A stretch of 63,789 nucleotides of DNA, filler included, from Pirum gemmata (taxonomy: Eukaryota): NCBI GenBank assembly GCA_002812295.1. It is 22 parts of 22 records of this genome, joined end to end, with 100 filler letters (N's around TTAATTAATTAA, not from the genome) between each part and the next. Parts side by side here need not be neighbours in the genome. Positions count along the whole stretch, not along the records: positions 61,246 to 63,789 come from PDIN01005568.1; 21 more parts are not named here. One strand, given 5' to 3'. Below, one piece after another: positions 62,785 to 63,789 of the stretch. The notes beneath the pieces are model-generated. The model searched no databases, was not told the origin of the DNA, and was given only the letters and a program-made list of their open reading frames with translations. Numbering within the stretch: the first letter of the stretch is position 1; every line of letters starts with the position of its first letter. A program made the translations under genes and the position numbers.

Positions 62785-63003
62785 TATTCGTCAGCAAGCG
62801 CTGTCATTTCGAAATGACAAAAAGAAGTTTTACTTTGTCAAACTTTTCGGGAAATGAGAATGAATCTCACTGCATAATATTGACGTAATTTCCTTTCATT
62901 TGATATACTTTTCGTCTCAATATTGCGTAATTAATAAAAGTGTTAATACGACCACGTTGGATTTGAGATAAAACGTCATTTTAAAATGACGTGCTGATGA
63001 ATA
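62785..63003. mobile_element. MITE-like element
   Basis: Ends TATTCGTCAGCA...GTCATTTCGAAATGAC / GTCATTTTAAAATGACGTGCTGATGAATA. Confidence 0.65.
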
Positions 63004-63789
63004 GATAAGTCTAGTACCTGACCAAGGAGTTTCAAGCCAGCCGGTTTTTTTCCTCAGCAGTTTTTTTTGGTTGTATTTGATAATACTGCAAATAATATAT
63101 CTAGTAGAGTACAGACTATGATTTATGATTATCGATTGATAGCTTGATAAATTATCATACTATTATTATTACTAAGATATGAATACTATTATGTACACAA
63201 TAACATTAATTATTATTATCAGACTATTTTCTTGTACGCTCTTTTAATTTTAAGATAATGCCATAGTATTAAATAAACAAAAACCAATATACAAAACTTA
63301 TCTATAATATATTATATATAGATTATACCTTATGGTACTACTATGAATCTTATAAACGGCAAAACATGAATCTACATAATATTATAACAATATTGTCCAT
63401 GGGTAAAGTAGTATAGCTCTTTTGTATTCGTGGAGGGCTGGTTGGTTGGAATTATTGTGCGAACTGATCTGACATTAAAATTGATACAACTCGGTTAGTT
63501 TCATACTGTGACTCTTATTTATAAATTAATTAATTGATTTATTAATAATATTATTAATTTGTTAATTTATTAATTTATTAATTTATTATTATTAACTTAT
63601 TAATTTATTAATACAATTATTCTTAATTAATTTATTATTAATTTATTTCTTAATAATTTATTAATTTATTTCTTAATTTATTAAAATTTAATTTATTAAT
63701 TTAATTTATTAATTTAATTAATTTATTAATTTAATTTATTAATTTAATTTATTGCTTTAATTTATCTATTAATTTAATTTATTAATCTA

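Noticed and set aside
1..63789. tRNA, rRNA or other structured RNA genes
   Set aside because: No cloverleaf or rRNA-like sequence was recognised by eye; a covariance-model search would be needed to exclude them.

Overview
AT-rich eukaryotic genomic DNA with GT-AG introns, dense microsatellites and interstitial TTAGGG arrays. It is not one locus: 22 short contigs (mostly about 2.4-2.7 kb, three longer) are joined by 21 artificial N44-TTAATTAATTAA-N44 linkers, so adjacency across linkers means nothing. Gene fragments reconstructed by hand from splice sites: an FG-nucleoporin-like gene, a membrane-anchored histidine acid phosphatase, a PDR-type ABCG NBD2, a minus-strand EEAKP-repeat protein missing from the ORF track, an Asn-rich terminal exon, the DHX8/PRP22 3' end, a nearly complete sterol C5-desaturase (SC5D/ERG3), the LYS9-type saccharopine dehydrogenase 3' end and a Ser/Thr kinase 3' end. 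The best candidate for something new is a complete two-exon gene at 53013-53739. It encodes a prepropeptide with signal peptide, propeptide, RERR convertase site, a 43-aa six-cysteine cationic peptide and a GRR amidation signal, and a decayed partial copy lies next to it. The rest is a transposon landscape: several MITE families with readable TIRs and TSDs (TA, 3-bp, 8-bp), a decayed gag with zinc knuckles, LINE 3' relics, long hairpins and satellites. The mix of an animal-like SC5D, fungal-like LYS9, a PDR transporter and TTAGGG suggests a non-animal opisthokont such as an ichthyosporean; this is inference only. Most ORFs in the supplied track are microsatellite artefacts or antisense shadows.
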